From: Patescibacteria group bacterium
Lineage (GTDB): Bacteria; Patescibacteriota; Minisyncoccia; UBA6257; 2-01-FULL-56-20
Length of the DNA stretch: 64,000 bases
Direction of reading: 5' to 3'
Assembly (NCBI GenBank): GCA_018971305.1
Contig: JAGXBC010000001.1
Coordinates: forward strand, 173,956-237,955
The translations under genes and the position numbers were made by a program. Positions within the stretch are counted from its first letter, which is position 1. Every line of letters starts with the position of its first letter. The notes beneath the pieces are model-generated. The model saw only the letters and a list, made by a program, of their open reading frames with translations. It was not told where the DNA came from and searched no databases. Below, in pieces: positions 35,775 through 44,877 of the stretch.

Positions 35775-37502
35775 CTATATTCTGTCAATAGCAGTGATTC
35801 CCAATAAATTCAGCCCTTTTTCTATGATTTTCGCCGTTATATTAATAAGCCCAAGAAGCGCGCTCCGCCGACTGGCGGATTCTTCTTTGAGTACCGGCGT
35901 GGTTTCGTATAAACGGTTAGCCAACACGGCCAGCTTATAAAGATAGTTAGCTAGGTTGCTCGTCTGCAGTGTTTCCCCACTTCGCGCCACTTCGTCGGGA
36001 AATTCAAAAATTTTCCGAGCGAGCGCAAGTTCAACATCAGAATTTAATAATGTAAAGTTCTTGCTTTTAGGTTTTAGAGCTTGGGACTTTCTTAAAATAC
36101 TCTTAAGGCGGGCATACGTGTACTGCAAATACGGCCCGCTGTCTCCGGAAAAATCCAGCATTCTTTTCCAGTCAAAAACGATGTCGGTTGTGCGTCCCTC
36201 CCGCAAATCATTGTATTTCAAGGCTCCAACGGCAACCGCCTCAGCGATTTTATCTTTTTCTTTAGCCGATAATTCTTTATTTTTTTCTTCAACAATCTCC
36301 CTCGCCAGCTTGATAGCCTTACCTAAAACCTCTTTAAGTAATATGGTCCTCCCTTCGCGTGTAGCGAGCTTTTGGCCGCTCTCCCCTAGAACCAAACCGT
36401 ATTTAACGTGCTTGAGTTCAACCCCATCGGCCAATCCAAGAATATTAGTTATGGCGAAAAGCTGTTCAAAGTGCAGAGATTGTTCGTTGCCCACAACATA
36501 TAAAATTTTCTCCGGCTTATATTTTTTGACACGGTATTCAATATTCGCAATATCGCGCGTAAGGTAAAGGGATGCTCCATCCGCTTTTTCTATTAACGCC
36601 GGAGGCAGATTGAACTTATCTAGTTTTATAACTATCGCGCCCTCGCTTTTTACGGCGACGCCGTCTTGCACAAGGCGCGAAACAAGCGGCTTCATATCTT
36701 TCTCAAAAAAGCTTTCGCCTTTCCATTCGTCGAACTCTACACCGAGCTCTTTATATGTTCTCTCGAATTCTTTAAGCGATTCTTTTTTAAACCATTGCCA
36801 AAGCTTGCGGTTTTCCTTATCGCCTTCTTCTAATTTTTTGAATTCTTCCTGGCCCTCCAGCTCCAATCCCGGGCGGGACTTCATCTCGTCGTGAAAGCGG
36901 ACGTAGAGCTTCTGCAATTCCTCTATTGGTTTTTCTTCTATCTTTTTCTTATCGCCCCACATTTTATAGGCGGCGATAAGTTTGCCGAACTGCGTCCCCC
37001 AGTCGCCCAAATAATTCCAGCGGATAACTTTATATCCCAGTGATTCAAAAACATTGGCAAGCGCCGCGCCGATTATCGTTGTCCGCAAATGGCCCACGTG
37101 CATCATCTTCGCGATATTCGGCTGAGAATATTCAACGATAACGGTTTTGCTTTTTCCAATACTTCTCTCGCCATATTTTTTTATATTCTTGGTAACCATG
37201 GCCAATTCGTTTTGCAGCGCTTCAGGTGAAAACCAAAAGTTTATAAATCCCGGCGCAGCGGCTTCAACTTTTTGGAAAAACCCAGCCGGCGCAGCGGCAC
37301 TAATTTTCTGCACCAATTCCCTGGCCAGTTCAAGAGGATTTTTCTTTTCCCGCTTAGCCAAAACCATAGCCAAGTTCGTGGAATAATGGCCGAAGTTTTC
37401 TTGTTCCGGAACTGTAACGCTAAAATCTCTGCCATCGGAAAACTCGGATAAAATTTTTATTATCTTATCTTTCATTACCATTAAGAATAATATAAAAAGC
37501 AA
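35775..37502 (-). CDS. argS: arginyl-tRNA synthetase
   Basis: 575 aa. HIGH-type motif region MMHVGHLRTTIIGAAL. Class I ArgRS domain order: N-terminal add-1, catalytic core, DALR anticodon-binding C-terminus. Confidence 0.95.
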   Translation of the reverse strand: MLFILFLMVMKDKIIKILSEFSDGRDFSVTVPEQENFGHYSTNLAMVLAKREKKNPLELARELVQKISAAAPAGFFQKVEAAAPGFINFWFSPEALQNELAMVTKNIKKYGERSIGKSKTVIVEYSQPNIAKMMHVGHLRTTIIGAALANVFESLGYKVIRWNYLGDWGTQFGKLIAAYKMWGDKKKIEEKPIEELQKLYVRFHDEMKSRPGLELEGQEEFKKLEEGDKENRKLWQWFKKESLKEFERTYKELGVEFDEWKGESFFEKDMKPLVSRLVQDGVAVKSEGAIVIKLDKFNLPPALIEKADGASLYLTRDIANIEYRVKKYKPEKILYVVGNEQSLHFEQLFAITNILGLADGVELKHVKYGLVLGESGQKLATREGRTILLKEVLGKAIKLAREIVEEKNKELSAKEKDKIAEAVAVGALKYNDLREGRTTDIVFDWKRMLDFSGDSGPYLQYTYARLKSILRKSQALKPKSKNFTLLNSDVELALARKIFEFPDEVARSGETLQTSNLANYLYKLAVLANRLYETTPVLKEESASRRSALLGLINITAKIIEKGLNLLGITAIDRI

Positions 37503-37557
37503 TAATTGTCGCAGAAAACAAAAACCGCCGCTTTTATGCGACGGTGGATTCCCAAGG

Positions 37558-37794
37558 TCAGCGAAACTTCAAGCCGTATTTAAAAAGAAAGTCGTGCATA
37601 ACCAATACGCAAATCAGAGCGCTAACTAAACCGGCTGGACCAGATATTCCGACGAAAGCTGCTGAAATCTGGTGTTGAACCTTGCATTCCGTTGCCACTT
37701 GAGAAAATTTCCCCTGTAAATAGGCGAAATATCCTCCGTATACCAAAATCGCGCAAACAATCCATATCACAACAAATAAAACGGTCATATTCAC
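37558..37794 (-). CDS. small membrane protein (2 TM), hypothetical
   Basis: 78-aa ORF with two hydrophobic helices. A minus-strand terminator CCGTCGC-ATAAAA-GCGGCGG+TTTTTGTTTT lies at 37515-37548. Confidence 0.45.
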   Translation of the reverse strand: MNMTVLFVVIWIVCAILVYGGYFAYLQGKFSQVATECKVQHQISAAFVGISGPAGLVSALICVLVMHDFLFKYGLKFR

Positions 37795-37866
37795 CTCTCA
37801 AACGTATTTCTGATGATCATACTACATCGCGTGCGACCACGGGTCAAACAGCTTATAATTTAATAA

Positions 37867-38310
37867 ATGAAAACAATCGCGGAAAACCGCCGGGCGCGGT
37901 TTGACTATGAAATATTGGAAACAATGGAAGCGGGCGTGGAGCTGCGCGGTTTTGAAGTTAAAAGCGCCAAAGCAGGAGGTTTTAATCTGGCTGGAAGCTA
38001 CGCTATTCTGAGAAACGGGCAGGCCTGGCTTATTAACTCTCAAATTCCACCATATCAGCCCAAAAACACTCCGGATGGCTATGATCCCTCCCGCTCTCGC
38101 CGCCTGCTCTTACACACATCGGAAATCATCTCCTTGGCAGGAAAACTTAAAGATAAATCGGTTCACCTGATTCCATTACGTACTTATATAAAAAATAATT
38201 TGGTAAAGATTGAACTCGGACTTGCGCGTTCACGAAAAAAATCCGACAAGAGGGAACTTATTAAAAAGCGCTCCGCAGAAAGAGAAATGATGCGGGCTAC
38301 CTCAAGGTAA
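37867..38310 (+). CDS. smpB: SsrA-binding protein SmpB
   Basis: 147 aa. ...ENRRARFDYEILETMEAGVELRGFEVKS... and ...LLLHTSEI... are SmpB hallmarks. The C-terminus is basic. Confidence 0.95.
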   Translation: MKTIAENRRARFDYEILETMEAGVELRGFEVKSAKAGGFNLAGSYAILRNGQAWLINSQIPPYQPKNTPDGYDPSRSRRLLLHTSEIISLAGKLKDKSVHLIPLRTYIKNNLVKIELGLARSRKKSDKRELIKKRSAEREMMRATSR

Positions 38311-38311
38311 A

Positions 38312-38839
38312 ATGATTATCGTCTTTACGGGTAACGGCAAGGGAAAAACCACGGCATCTCTCGGCCAAATGGTTCGGGTTTTGGGGCGTGGTAAAAAAGC
38401 GCTGATGATCCAATTTATCAAAGGCCCTTGGCGTTCTGGCGAGGATGAGTTCGCCGCCAAATTCCAGATTCCAGATTCAATATTCCATATAGAAAAAATG
38501 GGGCTCGGCTTCGTTGGAATCCTAGGGGATAAACTTCCGCGCGAAGAACACGAAAAAGCAGCTGAGAAAGCAATCGCACATTTCGAAGAGGAATCGCGCT
38601 CCGGCAAGTGGCATTTGATTATATTAGATGAAATTAATGTGGCGGTGTCTCTCGGGCTCTTGAGCGCCGCGCGTGTAGTTGAAGCCGTAAAAAATTATCC
38701 CGAAAACAGAATCTTAATGCTGACCGGCCGCAACGCTCCGCAGGAATTCCTCGACCTTGCGGACCTTGCCACGGAAATGCGGGAAATAAAACACCCCTTC
38801 CAAAGCGGCGAACGGGCGAAGTTTACGGTGGAATTTTAA
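38312..38839 (+). CDS. cob(I)yrinic acid a,c-diamide adenosyltransferase (CobO/BtuR-type corrinoid adenosyltransferase)
   Basis: The modified P-loop MIIVFTGNGKGKTTASLGQ is typical of the CobA/CobO family. 175 aa. Confidence 0.75.
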   Translation: MIIVFTGNGKGKTTASLGQMVRVLGRGKKALMIQFIKGPWRSGEDEFAAKFQIPDSIFHIEKMGLGFVGILGDKLPREEHEKAAEKAIAHFEEESRSGKWHLIILDEINVAVSLGLLSAARVVEAVKNYPENRILMLTGRNAPQEFLDLADLATEMREIKHPFQSGERAKFTVEF

Positions 38840-38868
38840 CGGGTGGCGAACCCCATACAAAAGAAAAT

Positions 38869-38899
38869 GCCCGGGTTCTTTTCCGGGCTTTATGATTTT
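38869..38899. terminator. bidirectional terminator
   Basis: GCCCGG-GTTCTTTT-CCGGGC followed by TTTATGATTTT. It is preceded by an A-rich stretch on the other strand. Confidence 0.55.
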
Positions 38900-38910
38900 G
38901 CTCATAGAAA

Positions 38911-39057
38911 CTATTTCATCTTGGCCGACGTAGCAGCAGAACCGGCCTCGCGATTGACGACCTTAGCGCAACCATTGCAGAAGATCTTCTCTTGACCCTC
39001 AAGGCATTTACCACATTTGTGGCAAACCTTCTTTTGCGGCGACGCTTTCGTTTCCAT
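38911..39057 (-). CDS. small zinc-ribbon protein (48 aa, CxxC-x9-CxxC)
   Basis: METKASPQKKVCHKCGKCLEGQEKIFCNGCAKVVNREAGSAATSAKMK. Strong SD AAGGGAGGT 5 nt upstream of the ATG. Below the ORF-track length cutoff. Confidence 0.55.
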   Translation of the reverse strand: METKASPQKKVCHKCGKCLEGQEKIFCNGCAKVVNREAGSAATSAKMK

Positions 39058-39236
39058 CAGAACCTCCCTTCGCACTATGAGTTGGATACATCTTAATATA
39101 TATACGAGAAGAAGTCAATATTAGAAACGGTAGGCCAAAAACAAAGTTGTCATAAGATTAGAACAACGGTTTTGGTAAATACGATTTCTGCGTAAAAAAG
39201 GCTGCATATAGCCGCAGGGAGAAGATAAATAAAACA

Positions 39237-39644
39237 CTAACCACGTTGATGGATCACGTACTTTGCTGTAATCTTCTCACATTTCAGAACCTCTCCTACC
39301 ACGACAACGAATACACGCCTTTCGAAGTCCGTGAATTGTTTGATTCCCAACTCCGTTACGCCCTTGTAGTGGATGTCGAACGTAACTTCCCGACCAGAAC
39401 TGATAAACCTAATATCAGTGAATCTCTCCTCGGGAGATTGGTTATCCAAAACTCTGATCAGCCTTCTAAGCTCTACCGCATCAAGGTTATACGACCTGAA
39501 ACAATTACTGCATCCTTCCTCATGGTAGCGCAATGTTGCCCTTAATGGCTCATCGGGACAAACAGAGAACGTTAACCTACATCCTTCCTTTCGTAAAATA
39601 AATTCTGTGTTTGAATTAATTCCGCCGTTGCGATCAACTATCAT
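39237..39644 (-). CDS. hypothetical Cys-containing protein
   Basis: 135-aa ORF with GGAGGG SD 3-4 nt upstream. Cys at 22/29/45/48 could form a metal site. No family recognised. Confidence 0.4.
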   Translation of the reverse strand: MIVDRNGGINSNTEFILRKEGCRLTFSVCPDEPLRATLRYHEEGCSNCFRSYNLDAVELRRLIRVLDNQSPEERFTDIRFISSGREVTFDIHYKGVTELGIKQFTDFERRVFVVVVGEVLKCEKITAKYVIHQRG

Positions 39645-39769
39645 TTTTCCCTCCGATATTCTTTTATGGCTATAATACTAATGCGAGTATAGTTGATATA
39701 TTTTAGAGCGTCAATTTGGATAACCCTAAGAAATTATCAATGGCGAGAATTTCCAATTATAATAAATGA

Positions 39770-40852
39770 ATGCGCGGAATTAATATTTTTAGCCGAGGTG
39801 AAGATTTCTACAATAGTATTGAGAGCGAAATGGCCCGGGCCGAGAAAGAAATCCTCATTAATGTTTACGCGTTCCAAAACGATTCGGTTGGAAAAAGATT
39901 TATTGAAATAATAAAGAGAAAATTAAGGAGTGGCATAACCGTAAGAGTGATAATTGACGGCTTGGGAACCAGGCGCAATGGAGACGAGATAGCGCGCGCG
40001 CTTGCAGGATACGGAGATGTCGTGCGCATATTCCGTCCGCGAGGCGGATATTTCTGGCACAATCCCAAAATGTCCTTGCGCCGCGACCATGCAAGAATAT
40101 TTTTGGTAGACAAAAAAATTCTCGGCGTAGGCGGCATATGCATCGGCGACATCTATAACGAACGGCAGGACATAGCCGCGCTCGTTTCCGCTGAAGATAC
40201 AAGTAGTGTCATTGATTATTTTGATTATCTCTGGATGCTTGCCGGCAATAAAAATGGCGACCCAGAAGCACTGGTACCAAAACAGCTTTCCTCTCCCTTC
40301 TCTCTCGCCCCCGAAGTTAAAGCGCTTATCTCGGGACCATTGGAAGCAGAACAGGCAATCTATAGATGGGCCCTAGAGCGGATAATTACCGCAGAAAGAC
40401 AAATCGTTATCGTATCGGCATGGTTTCTCCCAACCACAGAGCTCATTAAAGCTCTTTGCGATGCCAAGGAACGAGGGGTGGACATTTCTATTATCACCCC
40501 ATCCCACACAGACAAACGCTGGTACGACGAATTCCGCGGCGCGGCCATACCGAAGCTATTAAAAAAAGGAATACGCTGGTACGGTGCGCACGAATATTTC
40601 CATCAAAAATTCTTTTTCGTTGACGATGACTGGTGCTTGGGAAGCGCAAATTTTGATATGGTAAGCATGAACAGGAATTACGAACTCAACATCTGCGGCC
40701 ATGGCGGAGAGGTGCTCAAAGAACTCCAAAATAATTTCCAGGCGCTCGTTAAAAACAGCAGACCGATAGGATATACCAGAGTGAGCTTATTTGTAAAAAC
40801 AGTTAGAGTGTTTGCCTATCGGTTATTTGAGACGTTGATAGTAACGCGGTGA
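39770..40852 (+). CDS. phospholipase D / cardiolipin synthase family protein (two HKD-like motifs)
   Basis: First motif RRDHARIFLVDKKILGVGGICIGD (degenerate HxR). Second motif HQKFFFVDDDWCLGSANFD (canonical HxK..D...GSxN). Confidence 0.7.
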   Translation: MRGINIFSRGEDFYNSIESEMARAEKEILINVYAFQNDSVGKRFIEIIKRKLRSGITVRVIIDGLGTRRNGDEIARALAGYGDVVRIFRPRGGYFWHNPKMSLRRDHARIFLVDKKILGVGGICIGDIYNERQDIAALVSAEDTSSVIDYFDYLWMLAGNKNGDPEALVPKQLSSPFSLAPEVKALISGPLEAEQAIYRWALERIITAERQIVIVSAWFLPTTELIKALCDAKERGVDISIITPSHTDKRWYDEFRGAAIPKLLKKGIRWYGAHEYFHQKFFFVDDDWCLGSANFDMVSMNRNYELNICGHGGEVLKELQNNFQALVKNSRPIGYTRVSLFVKTVRVFAYRLFETLIVTR

Positions 40853-41051
40853 TGTGGAGCGTATCGGCCTGCCTGCCGGCTGGCAGGGACAACCGACAAA
40901 CTCTGGTACGTGGTATTTATGAGATGTTGATTAATACAGTATAAGTCTTATAAACCCATAGTATAGTAACGTTCATAGCGTGCGTGACGTTAATGAAAAA
41001 AATAAGCCCTGCTCCGATTCGGATAGATACAGGGCCATTGAATAACGATGG

Positions 41052-41546
41052 TTAATTACGAGGACGAAGAAGAACTGTTAGGGCTCGATAGTAATGGTTA
41101 TTACTACGGTCGGCGATGCCTTCGGCCAAAGCAACGTAATACGCCGACTTACCGTAGTAAGTTTCCGCCAAAATAATCATTAATGCTTCATCGAGTAACT
41201 CTGGGAACCCGGAGAAGGAGAAGATATGGTCGTTGGTTAATCTGATCGCTCCGCCCCACTGTCCTGCTTCGGGATTCCTGCTCTCATAGCTCGAACAGTA
41301 GATTAAGGGTCTCGATGCCAGTCGTTGCGCCTTTTCTTTACAAAGTTGCATATACTTCTCGGCCTTCTCGACTGCAACTTCACCGATTTGGGTTGGTTCG
41401 AAGAAGGGCTTACCGTTTCCGTCCGCAAGGCAGAAATATCCACCCCTTCGATTGCCCACTTCTTGGTTGTTTTTGAATAGGAAATTTACATCGCCGACGA
41501 GCGAAACCAAAGTGCCTCGCAGTTTCTCAAATTCATCCCTTAACAT
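41052..41546 (-). CDS. hypothetical protein
   Basis: The start is Met of MLRDEFEKLRG, preceded by a GAGGAGG SD. About 164 aa. No family recognised. Confidence 0.4.
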   Translation of the reverse strand: MLRDEFEKLRGTLVSLVGDVNFLFKNNQEVGNRRGGYFCLADGNGKPFFEPTQIGEVAVEKAEKYMQLCKEKAQRLASRPLIYCSSYESRNPEAGQWGGAIRLTNDHIFSFSGFPELLDEALMIILAETYYGKSAYYVALAEGIADRSNNHYYRALTVLLRPRN

Positions 41547-41700
41547 CGTTGTCCTCCTCATCGAACTGTGCTGCCGACATTTTACCACTTGACTACCAAC
41601 TAGTCAAGGATATGGTTCAATTCCAGTAATCTCTCCCTCTGTTTTTGACCATTTTTGCGATTTTGGGGAAACCGAAAATAAGTTAGGTAAATAAAGAACG

Positions 41701-41720
41701 AACTCCTATTTCTAGGAGTT
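41701..41720 (-). terminator. rho-independent terminator of ssrA
   Basis: Minus strand AACTCCTA-GAAA-TAGGAGTT followed by CGTTCTTTATTT. Confidence 0.6.
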
Positions 41721-41732
41721 CAATTCTGTGTC

Positions 41733-42049
41733 GGTGGAGATGGGCGGAATTGAACCGCCGTCTAAGGATTGCGCCGCTGAACCATCTACGAACGTATTTC
41801 AGTTAAGAACTGAACAAAAGCGATTCTAATTTTCGCTCCAATGCAGAATCATCCATCGGAACTACGCCTCCTTATATAAGACCGGTATTAACCTAAGAGG
41901 TCCAGATTAGCCGATCCTCCGGTGTTACGCGTAAGCGAATGCCGGAGCCGCAACTTTTGAGTTGGCAGTTATTGTTTTTTCGCGAGTTTAACGAGTCCGC
42001 CCTCGGTCCGCAAATTCAGAACGCATCCTTATCGAAGCCGATCATCCCC
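41733..42049 (-). ncRNA. ssrA: tmRNA (transfer-messenger RNA, SsrA)
   Basis: Minus-strand 5' end GGGGATGATCGGCTTCGATAAGGATGCG... 3' T-arm GGCGG-TTCAATT-CCGCC. Acceptor 3' strand CATCTCC+A+CC gives the G3.U wobble pair. The tag-reading region ...GCGAAAAAACAATAACT GCC AAC TCA AAA GTT GCG GCT CCG GCA TTC GCT TAC GCG TAA encodes ANSKVAAPAFAYA. Confidence 0.8.
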
Positions 42050-42068
42050 GTATTCAATTTTCAATTAG

Positions 42069-42097
42069 ATTATATCAATATTGTCAGAGAAAGTCAA
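42069..42097 (-). promoter_or_regulatory. sigma70 promoter for ssrA
   Basis: Minus strand TTGACT (42097-42092), 17-nt spacer, TATAAT (42074-42069), about 20 nt upstream of the tmRNA 5' end. Confidence 0.55.
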
Positions 42098-42165
42098 GAA
42101 AGTCGGGCTTTGTTATAATGAATAAGACGCAATCGTAAAGGTCGTAATACTAAAAAATCATAGAA

Positions 42166-42384
42166 ATGGACAATTCAAATATGTCTTCCGGGAACGGAAT
42201 GGTTTGCCGCTGTCCGCACCACAAGATGGTTCCTCTTCTTGTGGTCCTCTTTGGACTCGCCTTCCTCCTTGAAGCTCTTGGCACATTGAGTGCGAGCTTC
42301 GTGAACATCGCCTGGCCGGTTCTCGTGATACTGGCTGGAGGTATGAAATTGATGAAAGGGATGTGCAAATGTTGCGCTAATTAA
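42166..42384 (+). CDS. small Cys-rich membrane protein, hypothetical
   Basis: 72 aa. Cys motifs CRCPHH and CKCC flank two TM helices. Followed by a strong terminator. Confidence 0.45.
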   Translation: MDNSNMSSGNGMVCRCPHHKMVPLLVVLFGLAFLLEALGTLSASFVNIAWPVLVILAGGMKLMKGMCKCCAN

Positions 42385-42392
42385 GGAATAAA

Positions 42393-42428
42393 CTCCCCCC
42401 GCCTACGGCGAGGGGGGATTTTTTATTA
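42393..42428. terminator. bidirectional GC-rich terminator
   Basis: CTCCCCCCGCC-TAC-GGCGAGGGGGGA followed by TTTTTTATTATT. Confidence 0.65.
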
Positions 42429-42440
42429 TTATTCCTAATT

Positions 42441-43010
42441 CTATTTGTCCTCAACTATTTTTTGCACATTCGCCCGCCGCAAAAGCTCTTCTTGTAATTT
42501 TTCGGCGACGTCTTTATCAAGTGCCGGCAGAATTCCTTCTGATTGCCCCGTGCCATCTTTGGCGTCTTCATGCCCGGCAGTAAGAATCACGAGTCGGCTC
42601 AAACCCCACAAGCGATAAGTTATGCTCCGCTCTATGGTTACATCCTGAATCTGGCGATAGGGAATGGCCACTTGCTCCTGGCTAAAAATTCCCCGTTTTA
42701 CCTTAAGCGAATCGACATCCAACATATATTTGTAAGTTACATAAAAAAGCCAGCTTATAAAGAAAGTCATGCCGGCAACCACTGCGAAAAGGCCCAGGCC
42801 GTAAAACCCTATTAACCTCAAATTAACCATATAACCAAAAACGTTTTTTATACCATCGCCGCCGGTTCCGCTTGCGAGAAGAACGAATATGGAGACCAGT
42901 AATATGACGAGCGACACAGTACTCTTCCCTGAAAGAAAAAGCCAAAGAGTTTTTTTGCCCAGATTTCTATATTGTCCTATCCCAAAAGCGACATCATTCT
43001 CGTTATCCAT
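42441..43010 (-). CDS. membrane protein with bacterial PH (bPH/YdbS-like, DUF304) domain
   Basis: Two N-terminal TM helices, then a soluble domain with the YdbS/YdbT-like topology. Confidence 0.5.
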   Translation of the reverse strand: MDNENDVAFGIGQYRNLGKKTLWLFLSGKSTVSLVILLVSIFVLLASGTGGDGIKNVFGYMVNLRLIGFYGLGLFAVVAGMTFFISWLFYVTYKYMLDVDSLKVKRGIFSQEQVAIPYRQIQDVTIERSITYRLWGLSRLVILTAGHEDAKDGTGQSEGILPALDKDVAEKLQEELLRRANVQKIVEDK

Positions 43011-43130
43011 AAATTACATTATAACATCCGGCCTTAATCTCGTTTTGACAAAACCGGGGTGTTCGGCTTACAATGATAAGCGCGCAACGAAATAGGAACC
43101 TGTTAAAATAAACCCATAATTAAACCCAAA

Positions 43131-43622
43131 ATCAACAGCCAAATAACCGCCCCGGAATTAAGGGTGGTGGACGAGAAGGGCCAGAACTTAGGCGTTCTAA
43201 AACGCGAGGAGGCGCTTGCGCTCGTAAAACCCGGTAGCGGCGTAGATCTCATAGAAATAGCTCCGAGTGCCAAACCGCCCGTAGCTCGGCTTATGAGCTA
43301 CGACAAATACCGATACGAAAGGGAAAAGCAGGAAAAGAAAGAGCGTATGGCGCAAAAGACAAGTGGTCCGAAGCAGGTACAGATAAGCGCCCGGGCGGCT
43401 CAAAACGACCTATTAATAAAATCCCGCCAGGCAGATAAATTCCTAGGTGAAGAGCATCCAGTGGAAATTCAAATGCGTTTGCGGGGCCGGGAGAAATATA
43501 ACAAGGATTGGGCTCGACAAAAATTAAACGAATTTATGAAAATGATCACTGTGGAATATAGGGTGATAGGCGAACCAAAATTCGGAGGCCGAGGCATGAT
43601 GGCACAGATAACTAAAAAATAA
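43131..43622 (+). CDS. infC: translation initiation factor IF-3, probable non-AUG (ATC/ATA) start
   Basis: The conserved N-terminus INSQITAPELRVVDEKGQNLGVL (IF3 pattern IN..I....VRLI...G) begins upstream of the track's GTG 43164. In-frame ATC 43131 and ATA 43143 follow stop 43116. The C-domain ...EHPVEIQMRLRGREKYNKDWA... is present. Confidence 0.85.
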   Translation: MNSQITAPELRVVDEKGQNLGVLKREEALALVKPGSGVDLIEIAPSAKPPVARLMSYDKYRYEREKQEKKERMAQKTSGPKQVQISARAAQNDLLIKSRQADKFLGEEHPVEIQMRLRGREKYNKDWARQKLNEFMKMITVEYRVIGEPKFGGRGMMAQITKK

Positions 43623-43630
43623 TTACGATA

Positions 43631-43798
43631 ATGAAAAAAAGCGTATCCAAAAGATTCAAGCTGACCAAAAACGGAAAACTCGTCAGACGGTCAATGTCCG
43701 TTAACCATTTTCGCACCAGAAAAAGCACGAAGAATGTCCGCCAAAAACGGCAAACACGGGGAATCGATTACCCTAATAAAAAAATAATGAACTACTAA
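43631..43798 (+). CDS. rpmI: 50S ribosomal protein L35
   Basis: 55-aa basic protein MKKSVSKRFKLTKNGKLVRRSMSVNHFRTRKSTKNVRQKRQ... It sits between infC and rplT, the canonical operon order. Confidence 0.8.
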   Translation: MKKSVSKRFKLTKNGKLVRRSMSVNHFRTRKSTKNVRQKRQTRGIDYPNKKIMNY

Positions 43799-43802
43799 AT
43801 CC

Positions 43803-44147
43803 ATGCCAAGAGTTAAACGCGGAATAATAGCCCATAAAAGACGGGAGAAAGTTCTTAAATACACAAAAGGGTTCCGTTGGGGACGGAAATCAAAAGAGCG
43901 CGCCGCCAAGGAAGCCCTGCTTCACGCCTGGACACACTCCTTCCAGGGACGCAAAGAAAAAAAGCGTGTCTATCGCCAGCTTTGGAACGTCCAGATAAGC
44001 GCATCTTCCCGCGCCGAAGGCCTTAGTTACAGCAAGTTGATTGCCGCGCTAAAGAAAAAGAATGTCCGCCTAGACCGAAAGATTCTGGCCGAACTAGCCA
44101 AAAACGAACCTATTGTTTTTAAGAAAGTGGTTGAATTCGTAAAATAA
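43803..44147 (+). CDS. rplT: 50S ribosomal protein L20
   Basis: MPRVKRGIIAHKRREKVLKYTKGFRWGRK... 114 aa. Confidence 0.95.
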   Translation: MPRVKRGIIAHKRREKVLKYTKGFRWGRKSKERAAKEALLHAWTHSFQGRKEKKRVYRQLWNVQISASSRAEGLSYSKLIAALKKKNVRLDRKILAELAKNEPIVFKKVVEFVK

Positions 44148-44205
44148 TTATCGGTTTTCAGATAAAATAAATAAAAATCGCGCCGGGCAATAAGCTCTGC
44201 GCGTT

Positions 44206-44793
44206 TTATTTTGGCTTGGCGGATGGATCGTAAATCCCCACAGGCACAAACTTAGGCAGGATCTTCTTTATAACGAAAATAAATTTCTTCTGTTTTCTGA
44301 TTACGCTCCGCAATTCCCGAAGAGCTTCGTGTTCTTCCCGCGTTTTAGTTTTTTCTATTCCCTCAATGTTCGGGGTAACGATCACGAAGCATCCATACTT
44401 TGATTCGCATAAAAGGTCGCCGCCGCCGATACTAACAAAATTCTCCAGCCAATTATTCGGCGGAAGAACCGGATTGTCAGCTGTTCTTTGAAGCATCCTC
44501 ATTGTCGTTCCACATGATTCTCCTCTGAAGATATCCGAGTCCGTCAACTTGCGGAATATACGCAGTGCATTCCGATGTATTAAAAGGTTCCTTTGGGCAC
44601 AAAGATAGAAAATCAATTTATGAAAAGTTTCGTCGTCATCCACCAAAAAGGCGGCGGACTCTTCCTTAAATCGTTTTTCAAAATATATCTTAATGGAAAC
44701 CCAGTATATTAACGCTAAGATCGGTGCGCCAGCATATAAATAGATAAAACAGACAAGGGCAACGAAAACAAGGATCCAAATCCACCACGTCAT
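44206..44793 (-). CDS. hypothetical membrane-anchored protein
   Basis: 195 aa. N-terminal TM MTWWIWILVFVALVCFIYLYAG, then a soluble domain. No family recognised. Confidence 0.45.
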   Translation of the reverse strand: MTWWIWILVFVALVCFIYLYAGAPILALIYWVSIKIYFEKRFKEESAAFLVDDDETFHKLIFYLCAQRNLLIHRNALRIFRKLTDSDIFRGESCGTTMRMLQRTADNPVLPPNNWLENFVSIGGGDLLCESKYGCFVIVTPNIEGIEKTKTREEHEALRELRSVIRKQKKFIFVIKKILPKFVPVGIYDPSAKPK

Positions 44794-44877
44794 CTTCCTA
44801 CCCCCCCAATCAAAATTGCTATATTAAGGCTAACAATCCTTACAGTTTATGCAATTTTCGCCGATTAACTATCTTTC

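Noticed and set aside
39246-39545. 99-aa plus-strand ORF
   Set aside because: The overlapping minus-strand ORF 39237-39644 has a strong GGAGGG SD and a more protein-like composition.
42150-42368. 72-aa minus-strand ORF
   Set aside because: Mirror frame of the plus-strand Cys-rich membrane protein, which has TM helices and a downstream terminator.
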